From positions 36,916 to 100,915 of the forward strand of contig CAZPIO010000009.1 in assembly GCA_964586235.1 (NCBI GenBank): a stretch of 64,000 nt of DNA. Direction: 5' to 3'. Below the pieces are notes generated by a model, which saw nothing but the letters and a program-made list of their open reading frames with translations, searched no databases and was not told the origin of the DNA. Made by a program: the position numbers and the translations under genes. How positions within the stretch are numbered: position 1 is the first letter of the stretch; the number at the start of each line of letters is the position of its first letter. The DNA is from an uncultured Planctomycetales bacterium. GTDB lineage: Bacteria > Planctomycetota > Phycisphaerae > UBA1845 > PWPN01. Positions 26,215-35,473 of the stretch are shown here, piece by piece.

Positions 26215-28566
26215 TCATCGCGATCCAGATGACTGTACAGGACGGGAAAGCGGATGAGCACGCCGAGCAGCGGACTTGCCAGCCTGGAACACAATCGGCC
26301 CGTCGGGCGTGGAGATCGTTGCCTCCGCCAGATCGGCGGCCAGGTCAGTCCGGGGCTCGACGGTGACGCCGCGCGACGTGAGCCGCGCCCCCCAGAGCCG
26401 GTGGCGCAACGAGGACAGATTCGTCACCGTCTTGTTCGCCGAGTGGTCCCCCAGATCCCGGTATTCAGACTTGAGACAGTAGCTCTGCCGCCAGGCGGCA
26501 TGATACTTAGCGTCGTTGGTTCGCATCGCCGCCCAGCCCAGGATCCTGGCCAGATACTCCAGATGCCAGGGCTCCATATTCAAGGAGATGGGAACGCCGT
26601 CCATGCGATAAGTAATGGCATCGCCGGCGTGGCTCGTCTGATAGAGCCATCGAACGCCCTGCCCGTCGCGCACGCGGCAGGCCAGCAGCCAGCGGCAGAA
26701 CGCCAGGGCAGACCGCTCGATCCGGTCATCCGGGGCGAAGGCCAGATAATCGATCATGGCCTCGGTGGCGATGCAGCCCATCCAGGGTTTGACGATGAGA
26801 TTCATGCACGCATGAATACCCACGGTCCCACCCTGATCGGCGAATGAACCGTCGGGAAGCTGCGTGCCGACCAGCCGGTATAGGGCCTCACGCGCCCTGG
26901 CCAGGTCGCCGGGGTCGCCCAGATAACGGTGGAGATAGACCAGTCCGCGGATATAAGCGGCGTCACGCCCGAAGCTCCTTCGAGGCCAGTTGGCCCGATC
27001 CCAGAAGTAGGCCGACTCCGCAACGGAGCGGGCTGTATCCAGCAGATACGGATCACCCGTTTCCAGGTAGGCGGCAACCATGCCCGACACCCGCTGCATC
27101 GGCAGCGATTGCGCGGGCGGATTGTATGAATGCATGCGGACGGCGAAGAGGGCCTTGTCGACGGCCACGTCCGCCAGATGGTAGGCGCTGCGCAGGGCCA
27201 GATCGTAGTCCTGGGGCTCCCCGGTCAGGTAGGCGGCGATGAACTGGGCCTGCGGGGCCTCTCCCTCCCACCCAGGCTCGGGTGACAAGCTTGCGCGCGG
27301 GATGGCCCCATCATCGAAACAGCCGGCGAGATGATTGGCCCGATAATAGCCGATGGCCTTCTCGATGCTCGGGAACGTGTGATCGCGCGCGGGCAACACC
27401 GGGTGCTCGCAAAGGTCCTCCGCCAGGCCATACCACCAGTCCGGCAGGAGATAGACGGCCACATCGGGCTCAACCGGTCCCAGGGAGGCAACCATCCGCA
27501 CGGTGCGGCCCATGCCCTTGGGTATGCGATGATCCTGAGCCCGGCTCAGGTAAGGGCTGCCCGTGCGCAACTCGGCCAGCCTGCCCGCGAGGGCTTCCAC
27601 ACCCTCGTAGGGCTGGTAAACGCATACTTCGCCATCCCGCCAGGCCCGTCCCGGATGCTGCTCGCTCACCAGGTTGCCCGCCGCCCACGAATCGAGCGAG
27701 ACCCGATCCCAATGCCATCGGCGCCGCCCGGTCACCGGCTCGGATTGAGTCGGCCAGTCGCCGCCATCACTGCGGAAACCGATGATCGGCGTCACCCCCT
27801 CCACCACGTCTCCCTCGGTGAAGAATCTTCCATTCACGTGGCGTATGGATAACTCGATAACGCTGTTGGCGTAGCAGCGAGCCAGGATCTCGCCGCGAAC
27901 GTGATTGTGTTTGTGGAGCCAGGGATAGATGGCCCCGTTGTCGGCGGCGAGTTTCGCCTCCTGCGACTCGTGACGCTCCCAGTAAACCGGGATAGTGCCG
28001 GCCGCTCGAACCGTGCGGCACACCGGACCCTCGTCGAGCACCTCCATCGTCACCCACTGCCACCAGTGGCAGGAGCCGTCGACCATCAACCCGACCCGCA
28101 GGCCCAACGTCGCGCCGTCCTGGCTCAGGACCAATTCGCCGACTTCCCAGGGAAGCAGTGTTTCATAGCGTTTGTCGATTACGCTCAGCGTGGCTTCGGG
28201 TCCCCGGTATACACCAAGATCAGGCTGCCCCTGCTTGAATGCCACCTGCTCGCCGGACGCCCCGCACGCGAACAGCAGCACCCGCCGCGGGTCCCGACGG
28301 CCGTCCACCTCGGGCCAGTAGCCGACGGGCTGGACCTGCGTGGGCAGATCCGCGTATACCGGACTGGCGGTCATGCCGCCAAGCAAGGGCAACGACACAC
28401 GCCGAGCTTGAGCATCGGCGGAGCCCATGACCCGGCGGGCATGAAGCTTGCCAATCAGGACTCCGTCCTCAAACGGCCAGCGCGAGGCGTCTTTCCTGGC
28501 GGGCGAACAAGCCATCATGCAGCACGGACACGCCGCCAAGATCGCGAGAAGTGCCAGGCGATGCAT
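26215..28566 (-). CDS. secreted or lipoprotein hypothetical enzyme, beta-sandwich plus (alpha/alpha)6-toroid-like C-terminal half
   Basis: ATG 28566 with GAGGAAA 7 nt upstream. The N-terminus is MHRLALLAILAACPCCMMAC. Helical-repeat stretches such as LLDTARSVAESAYFW and GLVYLHRYLGDPGDLARAREALYRLVGTQLPDGSF resemble six-hairpin glycosidase or lyase folds. The fold assignment is inference only. Confidence 0.75.
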   Translation of the reverse strand: MHRLALLAILAACPCCMMACSPARKDASRWPFEDGVLIGKLHARRVMGSADAQARRVSLPLLGGMTASPVYADLPTQVQPVGYWPEVDGRRDPRRVLLFACGASGEQVAFKQGQPDLGVYRGPEATLSVIDKRYETLLPWEVGELVLSQDGATLGLRVGLMVDGSCHWWQWVTMEVLDEGPVCRTVRAAGTIPVYWERHESQEAKLAADNGAIYPWLHKHNHVRGEILARCYANSVIELSIRHVNGRFFTEGDVVEGVTPIIGFRSDGGDWPTQSEPVTGRRRWHWDRVSLDSWAAGNLVSEQHPGRAWRDGEVCVYQPYEGVEALAGRLAELRTGSPYLSRAQDHRIPKGMGRTVRMVASLGPVEPDVAVYLLPDWWYGLAEDLCEHPVLPARDHTFPSIEKAIGYYRANHLAGCFDDGAIPRASLSPEPGWEGEAPQAQFIAAYLTGEPQDYDLALRSAYHLADVAVDKALFAVRMHSYNPPAQSLPMQRVSGMVAAYLETGDPYLLDTARSVAESAYFWDRANWPRRSFGRDAAYIRGLVYLHRYLGDPGDLARAREALYRLVGTQLPDGSFADQGGTVGIHACMNLIVKPWMGCIATEAMIDYLAFAPDDRIERSALAFCRWLLACRVRDGQGVRWLYQTSHAGDAITYRMDGVPISLNMEPWHLEYLARILGWAAMRTNDAKYHAAWRQSYCLKSEYRDLGDHSANKTVTNLSSLRHRLWGARLTSRGVTVEPRTDLAADLAEATISTPDGPIVFQAGKSAARRAHPLSRPVQSSGSR

Positions 28567-28676
28567 GAGTTGGTTTCCTCAGGATTATCCTTGATCTCAC
28601 TTGGGGTACAATACCCACTGCTTCGGAGTGTACTGTTTTGAGGACTGGCGGACAACGATAACAAAAGGAGCTGACC

Positions 28677-29654
28677 GTGAGCAAACCATGGCTCTGTGTC
28701 GCCACAGGCATCATGATCGCCGCGCTTGCGGGCCTTGCCGGTTGCGCCCACGCGGGCGGAGCAGGATCACCAACCAGGGCAGGCAAGCCGCTGCAATTCA
28801 TCTTCATCACCACGTGCGTCGACGAGGAATTCTTCAGCCCGGTCAAGAAGGGCGTGCGTGACGCGGCCGTTCAGATGGGCGTGCAATGCACATTTACGGG
28901 CACTCCCGAAGTAGACCTCAAGGCCCAGGCCGAGATGGTCCGCGACGCCGTAGCCGCGGGTTGCGACGGGATCGCCTTGAACATCATCGACCCTGTGGCG
29001 TTCGACGACGTGGTGAGCGAGGCCATGGGCAAAGGCATCCCTGTCGTTGCTTTCAACGTCGATGACAACCAGACTCCCAACGCTCGGCTGAGCGGCGTAT
29101 GCCAGGATCTCTACAAGGCCGGCCGTATCGTCGGCGAAAAGGCGGCGGCGTTCATTCCGGACAACAGCAAGATCCTGATGACCGTCCATTCGGACGGCAT
29201 TTCGGCGCTGGAGGACCGCCTTCGGGGCGAGCAGGATGTCTTGAAGGCCAAGGGCGTCACCTGGAAACGAGTCGTCACCGGCATAACGCCCGAGGGGTCG
29301 GCCGAGGTGATCGCCGCAGCCCTCAAAGCCGACCCCGAGATTAAGGTAGTCATCTGCACAGGGCAGGCCGACACCGAGGGAGCGGGGCGTGCTATCGAGA
29401 AGCATTTCGCGGGCAAGGGCTACAAGGCGGCGGGCTTCGATCTGTCGCCCGAGACGCTGAGGCTCATCAAGGCGGGTCACATGCAGTTCACGATCGACCA
29501 GCAGCCTTACATCCAGGGCTATTATCCGGTCATCCAACTGGCCCTGTACTGTCGCTGCGGAATCCGCCCGTCGAATATCGATGCTGGCGCATCCGTCATC
29601 TCCAGGGAGAACGTCGACCAGGTCCTGGCATTGAGCCGGACAGGGTACAGATGA
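28677..29654 (+). CDS. periplasmic sugar-binding lipoprotein (ribose/monosaccharide ABC substrate-binding family), orphan
   Basis: GTG 28677 with AAGGAG (28665-28670) 6 nt upstream. The signal peptide with lipobox is MSKPWLCVATGIMIAALAGLAGC. The PBP type-1 pattern includes FIFITTCVDEEFFSPVKKGVRDAA, GCDGIALNIIDP and IPVVAFNVDD. No permease or ATPase gene is adjacent. Confidence 0.85.
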   Translation: MSKPWLCVATGIMIAALAGLAGCAHAGGAGSPTRAGKPLQFIFITTCVDEEFFSPVKKGVRDAAVQMGVQCTFTGTPEVDLKAQAEMVRDAVAAGCDGIALNIIDPVAFDDVVSEAMGKGIPVVAFNVDDNQTPNARLSGVCQDLYKAGRIVGEKAAAFIPDNSKILMTVHSDGISALEDRLRGEQDVLKAKGVTWKRVVTGITPEGSAEVIAAALKADPEIKVVICTGQADTEGAGRAIEKHFAGKGYKAAGFDLSPETLRLIKAGHMQFTIDQQPYIQGYYPVIQLALYCRCGIRPSNIDAGASVISRENVDQVLALSRTGYR

Positions 29655-29819
29655 AACCTGACGTTCCAGCATGCAGCGCCGGAGAATAGCGCGCCTTGCG
29701 CCGCAGCGGCGACATGGCTATAGAGAGATCCTCAATGAGAAAGTGCTGGATTGCTGCGGTCGCCCTGGGGCTGTGCCCCTGCACGACCTCGGCGGCTGAA
29801 CGCGTCACATACGTCGCAC

Positions 29820-32800
29820 TCATTTCCGTCGGTCCAGGATGTCGACCCTCCCTATGCTAATGGCCTTGCCCTCCGGACCTGACAGCCGGAAGTCGGCATA
29901 GCCCTGCTCGCGATCCTTGAACTTGGCTCGGGGCAGGACGATGGTTTGCGTGTGCCACCCTTTCTCGCCCGTTGTAGTCATGACCACTCTGTGAAACGCC
30001 CCATCACCCGGTCCGTCCAGGTGGGAATCATAATCGATGCTGATTTCCTGAGCCTGGCCGGGATCGTGGTACTCGACGGAGAGGACCACATCCTTGTCGA
30101 TGTCATAGAGGTAGCTCTTCCGAACGTCGTAGTAGATGAACGGGCTGGCCGTTTCGGGCTGGCTGATCATGGCCCACCTGCCGTCGATCTTCTCCGCTCG
30201 CCAGAAGCCGTCCCCCTCCATTCGCGCCGGGGACGTATTCAGGGCCGGCAGTTCCGGGAAGATGAACGCCGAATGCTGCTCGCTGCCGTGCCGAGCCTCC
30301 ACGGTCAAACCGCACCACTCGGCTGACGCGGAGACCTGCTTGAGAACAAACCGGGCCTCGGCCTCTGTTTTGACATTCAATTCCACCTCAGACGGGCTTA
30401 CCTGCAACCCGCCGGACCATGGGATGGGCATCAGCCTCACATTCTTGATCTCGCGCTGCGGGAAGTTGTTCTTGACCGTCACCACGACCGTCGCTGTGCC
30501 GCCCGACTCGCAGACAAGCGTGTAGCTGTCCTTGTACTCGTGTCGCAGCGAGCAACCCCATGGCCGGTCGTCCTCGGCGTCGCAGCGGATCGTCAACTGC
30601 TCCTGCTTCGCGTCGCGCGAGAACGCCAGGCCTCTCTTCAATGCTTCCGGACCGTCTTTCCTGACGTCGAAGACGACCTTTCCACCGTACCATACCTTGC
30701 TCGCGCTCCCGAATTCGCTGTGGAGCACACACCAGGTCTTGTCGCCTGGGGCCAGCGGCCAGGTGAAGTACCCGATGCGACCTTTGTTATCTCCGGCCGC
30801 CTTTTGCAGGTTGACGTGCCCGGCTTTGCGATTGGTCATCGAGTCGATCCAGAACTTGAATGGGCCCGCAGAAGAAGGATCAACTTCAGAGATCTGCACG
30901 GTCTGGCCGCCTGCCATCACCGGATCGTGCCCCGTTTCAATCTTCCGTTCGAACTCGGCCACCTCCTGCGGATTCTTGAACAGCGGGACCGCCACCGCCC
31001 GGCTATAGGTCCGCGACTTGAACGTCGGCGGACCCTTAGCCAAGGCGATGTCCCGATCGACGTCCCTCACGTACTGGGACCACTCGAGCTGGGGATAAAT
31101 GCTCACCTTGGGGAACGTGTACACCCTGCCGCCCAGGTCGACGAGCTCCAACCAGTGCTCTCGAGCCCGGGTCAACGCCGCTATCGCACGCTGCTGAGCG
31201 GCAGCGTCGCCCGTACACCAGTAGTACAGCAGGTCCGTTCCGCCCCGGGTCTTCCCGGCATAATAGCGGGCGAGATGGGCCAGCAGTCGCAGGTCCCATT
31301 GCCAGCTCACGGCCTCCGAGTAGCCGGGCATGCCCGGTTCAGGGACAAGCTGCTTGAGTCCCTCCTCGATCTGTCCGGCGTATCGGTCCAAGGTATCGGC
31401 AACGTCCTCCGGGCTCTGGCGTTTCTCCTCACCGGGCCCTTTCCTTGCCCCGGCCATCAGGTTGCCGACATACTCCGGAATGCCGATAAACTCCTCGTCG
31501 TCGATGGTCCAGTTGAAGATCCACTCGCGGATGTTGTTGAAATTGCCCCGGTAGTCCCCCAGTTCGCGGTAGTTGGGGTTTCTGCCTTTCCCATCCCGGG
31601 CAGTGTTGATGGTCGAGTTCAAGTTGACGCAGGATTCGCCGGCCCAGTCGAAGTTCATGTAGTTCCAGTGGAACGACTCGACGAGCGGCATGATCTTACT
31701 GGCGACGGTCTGGACGTCGCAGAACCTGGGCCCGAACGGCGAACCGAAGCGCGTCGCGAAAACCTGCCGGAAGTGGGAATCGGGCAGGCTCGTGTTGTAC
31801 CCCAGCCTGCCCCACAGCATGAACCGGTACCAGTGTTTCTCGAAATCCTGGGTCCAGGTCTGGTGCCGACGGCCATAGTCGCTGTAGAGCCGGTCCGGCC
31901 CTGGCCGTTCGTACTCCGACCCCATGACGTAACCGGCGATGCCGGGCCCCACGCAATGCTTCGTCAACTCGCGGGCAAACGCGGCATCGCCCCAGCGGAA
32001 CAGATACAAATCATCGTTCCTGAGGTGCCAGAGGATGTCGTAGTTGCGAGGCTTCTGGTCGAGCCAGGCCGGGCCAACAAAGTGCGGCTTCGGGCTGGAG
32101 TACATCGACTCGCCGTTGTACTTGAGATCCAGGTAGACCTTGCCGGGGTAGCGGGCCGCGAACACCTCCTGCATCGGCTTGGGTTCCGATCCCCAGTAGC
32201 GGTGGATGAACTTCTGTGGACCGCGGACTTCAAGGATCGCGGGCACGTAGGTGTCCATCAGCCAGGCCTCGTTCTCGGCCGGCGTGCCGAACATGGCCTC
32301 GCCGGGACAGGTGCCAACGCCGGTGAGGCCGGGATACTCCCTGAGCACCGCCCTGATGGCCTCCCGCATGTAGTCGCGCACGACCGGGGCATCCTGGCCG
32401 GCGGGCTCCAGGTTGTGCTTCCTGGCAAACTTCGGCGGGTAGTGGATATTCCAGGTGATCAGATAGGTCTCCACTCCGTGCCTGGCGGCCTCCGCGAAGA
32501 TGAAGTGAAACGCCTTCTGAAAGCGATCCATCTCCTCGTCGCTCAGCCCGGTCGCCTCGGGGTACTTGGGAACCCTGACCATCCAATGATACGGATGACA
32601 ATGCCAAAGCGTGAAAACGTTGTAGCGGTTGCGGGCCATCATCCGGAACCAGGCCCGCCAGTAGTCGGGCTTGGTAAACCAGTCCCAGTCATCCTTCCAC
32701 TCGGGCGTGATCTCGAGCGTGTCCCAGCCGGGCATGTTGAATTTCAGCGACCGCACAGGCATCGACGGGCTCTCGGTCTTGGCCTTCACATCGCTCAAGG

Positions 32801-33200
32801 CACCTCCCATTTCGATGCTCTCGGCCAGATCCAGTGTGCCGTACATGCCTCCGCGAGCATCGGCGCCCGCGACAAGAATCAGCTTCTCGCCGGGCACGGG
32901 GCAGATTGCGAAGCCTTCTTCCACAAGCTGGATCCCGGCCAATGCCGGGTTCATCTGCCTCATCTGATCCAACAGGCCAACGACCACGGTCCATCCAGTG
33001 GCGGCTGTCACCGGCTCATCGGAAGTCGAGACCAACGGCTGCAGATCGGCAGCCTTCAGGGCGCCGACCAACTCTGAGGTCGCGAACTCCAGAGCAGGAA
33101 CCCTGGCGTCATATCGAACGCTGACCGTTTCTGAGGCAAAGAGCATTCCGGTTTGAACACCGGCCAGCAAGAACACCGTAGATGGACCGATCAGTTTCAT
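29820..33200 (-). CDS. secreted putative glycoside hydrolase with C-terminal X module
   Basis: ATG 33200 with GGAAGGA upstream; the track ORF starts at 33248. Signal peptide MKLIGPSTVFLLAGVQTGMLFA. The N-domain FAICPVPGEKLILVAGADARGGMYGTLDLAE resembles the N-domains of GH20/GH67/GH115-type enzymes (inference). The last 106 aa (29823-30140) align with the X module (FIYYDV...VLSVEYHD...ISIDYDS...GWHTQTIVLPRAKFKDREQGYADFRL). Confidence 0.8.
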   Translation of the reverse strand: MKLIGPSTVFLLAGVQTGMLFASETVSVRYDARVPALEFATSELVGALKAADLQPLVSTSDEPVTAATGWTVVVGLLDQMRQMNPALAGIQLVEEGFAICPVPGEKLILVAGADARGGMYGTLDLAESIEMGGALSDVKAKTESPSMPVRSLKFNMPGWDTLEITPEWKDDWDWFTKPDYWRAWFRMMARNRYNVFTLWHCHPYHWMVRVPKYPEATGLSDEEMDRFQKAFHFIFAEAARHGVETYLITWNIHYPPKFARKHNLEPAGQDAPVVRDYMREAIRAVLREYPGLTGVGTCPGEAMFGTPAENEAWLMDTYVPAILEVRGPQKFIHRYWGSEPKPMQEVFAARYPGKVYLDLKYNGESMYSSPKPHFVGPAWLDQKPRNYDILWHLRNDDLYLFRWGDAAFARELTKHCVGPGIAGYVMGSEYERPGPDRLYSDYGRRHQTWTQDFEKHWYRFMLWGRLGYNTSLPDSHFRQVFATRFGSPFGPRFCDVQTVASKIMPLVESFHWNYMNFDWAGESCVNLNSTINTARDGKGRNPNYRELGDYRGNFNNIREWIFNWTIDDEEFIGIPEYVGNLMAGARKGPGEEKRQSPEDVADTLDRYAGQIEEGLKQLVPEPGMPGYSEAVSWQWDLRLLAHLARYYAGKTRGGTDLLYYWCTGDAAAQQRAIAALTRAREHWLELVDLGGRVYTFPKVSIYPQLEWSQYVRDVDRDIALAKGPPTFKSRTYSRAVAVPLFKNPQEVAEFERKIETGHDPVMAGGQTVQISEVDPSSAGPFKFWIDSMTNRKAGHVNLQKAAGDNKGRIGYFTWPLAPGDKTWCVLHSEFGSASKVWYGGKVVFDVRKDGPEALKRGLAFSRDAKQEQLTIRCDAEDDRPWGCSLRHEYKDSYTLVCESGGTATVVVTVKNNFPQREIKNVRLMPIPWSGGLQVSPSEVELNVKTEAEARFVLKQVSASAEWCGLTVEARHGSEQHSAFIFPELPALNTSPARMEGDGFWRAEKIDGRWAMISQPETASPFIYYDVRKSYLYDIDKDVVLSVEYHDPGQAQEISIDYDSHLDGPGDGAFHRVVMTTTGEKGWHTQTIVLPRAKFKDREQGYADFRLSGPEGKAISIGRVDILDRRK

Positions 33201-33256
33201 GCAGCGATTCCTTCCGTTCTCGTGCCTCCCATGCAAAGCCGACTGCACGCGGCTTA

Positions 33257-33709
33257 CTATCCGACCTTGGGCTCACTGGGCTCCGGCTGCAGCCGCGCAG
33301 AAGCCGAAAACGCCCGCACGTGTGATTTCCAGTTCGATGCGTACCGTCCCACTGGGCAGGCCCTTCTTGTCTTTCCAGACCACCGGCAGAGCCAATCCGT
33401 CGCCCTTGGGTAGTCGTCGTGCAACATCCGAGCAAAGCCGATCAGCAGTCCGCCCCGCGCAATCGTACCGCCGACACTGCAGAACTCCAGTTGCCCCTCA
33501 TCCCGCGGCTCAGGCATCAGCACTCGCCACGGCCGCCGCCAATTCGTGAAGTCGTCGCTGACGCTCGCGCTGACCAGCCGCCGGAAGGCAGTCATCACGG
33601 CTTCGCGCCAGTGCTCGAGCTCATGCCAGGCAAGGCTGATCAGAACGCGCTTCCGGAGGCCGCGACATTCCTCGGCATCAATAAAACTCCACGGCAAACA
33701 GCTTCGCAT
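33257..33709 (-). pseudogene. possible small CDS or gene remnant (unassigned)
   Basis: A 150-aa ORF fills the 430-bp gap between two minus-strand genes. Its first two thirds show GC-rich third codon positions like real genes here. The sequence ...DDFTNWRRPWRVLMPEPRDEGQLEFCSVGGTIARGG... resembles the start of a beta-propeller GH, but the ORF is far too short for one. It overlaps the 3' end of the upstream gene by 32 nt. Confidence 0.3.
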
Positions 33710-35471
33710 GCTTCAACTGGAATCTCAGGATAACCGGCTTGCCCTCGTTCTTGAGCGACGCCTCGCCTTTCCATGTGACGTTCATCGCCAGGCCATCGCC
33801 GATCATATCGTCGGCGTCGGAGAAGCCCCGGCCAGGGATGTCCTCCCCCTGACCGAAACATCGCACGGCCGTCTTGAGGTAGCCCGTCGGCTGGACAGAC
33901 GCATTGAGCCGGATGTGCTCACCCGGCGCGACGACGGCTACGGTCGCAAACGAGCCCTCGTCGTCGCATTGGAGGGCGACCAGTCTGCCCTTGGGCCACG
34001 TGGCCAGCCCGGAAACGCCCTCGACGCCGGGGAACAGCCCCTTGCGCTGCGTGATATCCCGGCCAGGGTACTTGTGTGGGATCGGAACGCCGCTGTAGGT
34101 CATGCACCACTTGTCGCCGGGGTACTCGAGGAGTTCGCCGCTGCAGGTGACAAACGAACCGTCGCGCTCGCCCGGATTGCCCGGTGAAACGACCGGTCCG
34201 CCCGGCACGCGCGACCAGGTCCATCCATCGTTGCTCGACCACAACCAGACAGATCCCGCGTCGCGCTCCAGTTCCCAGAGCCACGGCAGCATGACGTGGT
34301 TGTCCGGCGCATCGGGCAGCGTTGTCTTGCCGTTCGTGTACCAGACGTGACTGGGCGGCGTGTCGGCACCGGTGCTGACGACGACCTCGGGTTTGCTGAA
34401 ATGGCGAAAGTCCTTGCTGACGGACCGGCCGATCGACCGGCGGCCGACGCCGATCCAGACGTCGGAATTGTCGGGAACGTGGCCGGGGGCTCGTTCGTTC
34501 ACCTGCCAGGCTCGGATGTAGGCGACGTACTGCTTTCGATCGACGTCGTAATAGCACGTATTCTGCGTGTCAGCGTGCTGGATTATCAGCGGCTCAGGCA
34601 GCGAGGTCCAATGCAGTCCGTCGGGCGACACCGCACCGAACACCGCGAACACGGCGCGGAAGCCCCCGACGTCCCGCCGGCGGGCCATGGTGTCCGCCTC
34701 GCCGGGGTACTTCTTTTCGAACGCCGCCCATTCCTCATCGGTACAGAGGCCGAGGTAGAACATCTTGTACCGCTCGTCCTTCGAGGACGGATCGACGAAG
34801 ACGCAGCCGCCGTGCCAGCCGCGCGTGGATCCGTTGATGTCCCCGCGAAAGACGATGTTATTGTCGCGGCTGCCGTCGTATTCGATGAGGCCAAGTTCCG
34901 GCATCTCCCATTTCACGCCATCACTGGATTCGGCGTAGGCCATGCACGCGCCGTGCCCCGGCAGGATCTTCTCTTTGGTGCTGTAGGGCTCGGGGTTCGG
35001 CGACGGCCCCACCGTGTACCACGCCTTGTACTTGCCGTTGTCGTAAAGGCTCGCGGCCAGTTGGCCCGGCTGGAAGGGTGCCTTCGTCGCCGGCTGCGCC
35101 ACCAAACGAATGCCTCGCGGCATGTCGATCGGCTCGAAGCGAGCCGGGCGCGTACCGTCGCCCTTGAGCCAGGCCCCGACGTTCTGCTCTCCGGCGCCGG
35201 CAGCCGGGTCCCGCTGAATCCGCCAGGCAAACTGGCCCTGGCGAACGTATTTCCAACTCGCGAAGTAGATGTGCCGGCCCTTGAGTCTCACCGGCTCGCC
35301 GTAGTAGGTCTGACCCCATGCCGCCGGGGCCGTCAGGACCACCGCGATGACCATGAGCCATTGTGCCGGCGCTCTCATCACCTCGCCGCAGGCAAGCCCC
35401 GCCCTTCCCGTGGCGGCCGGTTGCGGAAACGTGCGACGAACTGCGTCCGTCCGTGCGGAGGAACTCGACAT
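33678..35471 (-). CDS. secreted five-bladed-propeller-like GH (GH32/43/130-clan-like) with C-terminal beta-sandwich
   Basis: ATG 35471 has GGGAGG 8 nt upstream. The alternative ATG 35378 lies directly before the signal peptide MRAPAQWLMVIAVVLTAPAAWG. Recurring blade motifs are SSDGVKWEMP, SPDGLHWTSL and SNDGWTWSRV. It is a paralog of the N-terminal half of the gene at 57973. Confidence 0.8.
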   Translation of the reverse strand: MSSSSARTDAVRRTFPQPAATGRAGLACGEVMRAPAQWLMVIAVVLTAPAAWGQTYYGEPVRLKGRHIYFASWKYVRQGQFAWRIQRDPAAGAGEQNVGAWLKGDGTRPARFEPIDMPRGIRLVAQPATKAPFQPGQLAASLYDNGKYKAWYTVGPSPNPEPYSTKEKILPGHGACMAYAESSDGVKWEMPELGLIEYDGSRDNNIVFRGDINGSTRGWHGGCVFVDPSSKDERYKMFYLGLCTDEEWAAFEKKYPGEADTMARRRDVGGFRAVFAVFGAVSPDGLHWTSLPEPLIIQHADTQNTCYYDVDRKQYVAYIRAWQVNERAPGHVPDNSDVWIGVGRRSIGRSVSKDFRHFSKPEVVVSTGADTPPSHVWYTNGKTTLPDAPDNHVMLPWLWELERDAGSVWLWSSNDGWTWSRVPGGPVVSPGNPGERDGSFVTCSGELLEYPGDKWCMTYSGVPIPHKYPGRDITQRKGLFPGVEGVSGLATWPKGRLVALQCDDEGSFATVAVVAPGEHIRLNASVQPTGYLKTAVRCFGQGEDIPGRGFSDADDMIGDGLAMNVTWKGEASLKNEGKPVILRFQLKHAKLFAVEFY

Positions 35472-35473
35472 GC

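Noticed and set aside
30540-33077. 845-aa plus-strand ORF, the longest unexplained ORF in the track
   Set aside because: It is exactly antisense to the well-supported secreted GH-like gene at 29820..33200. Its translation is dominated by R/A/G/P/L/V runs with no motifs, no SD and no signal peptide. This is a typical shadow ORF of GC-rich DNA.
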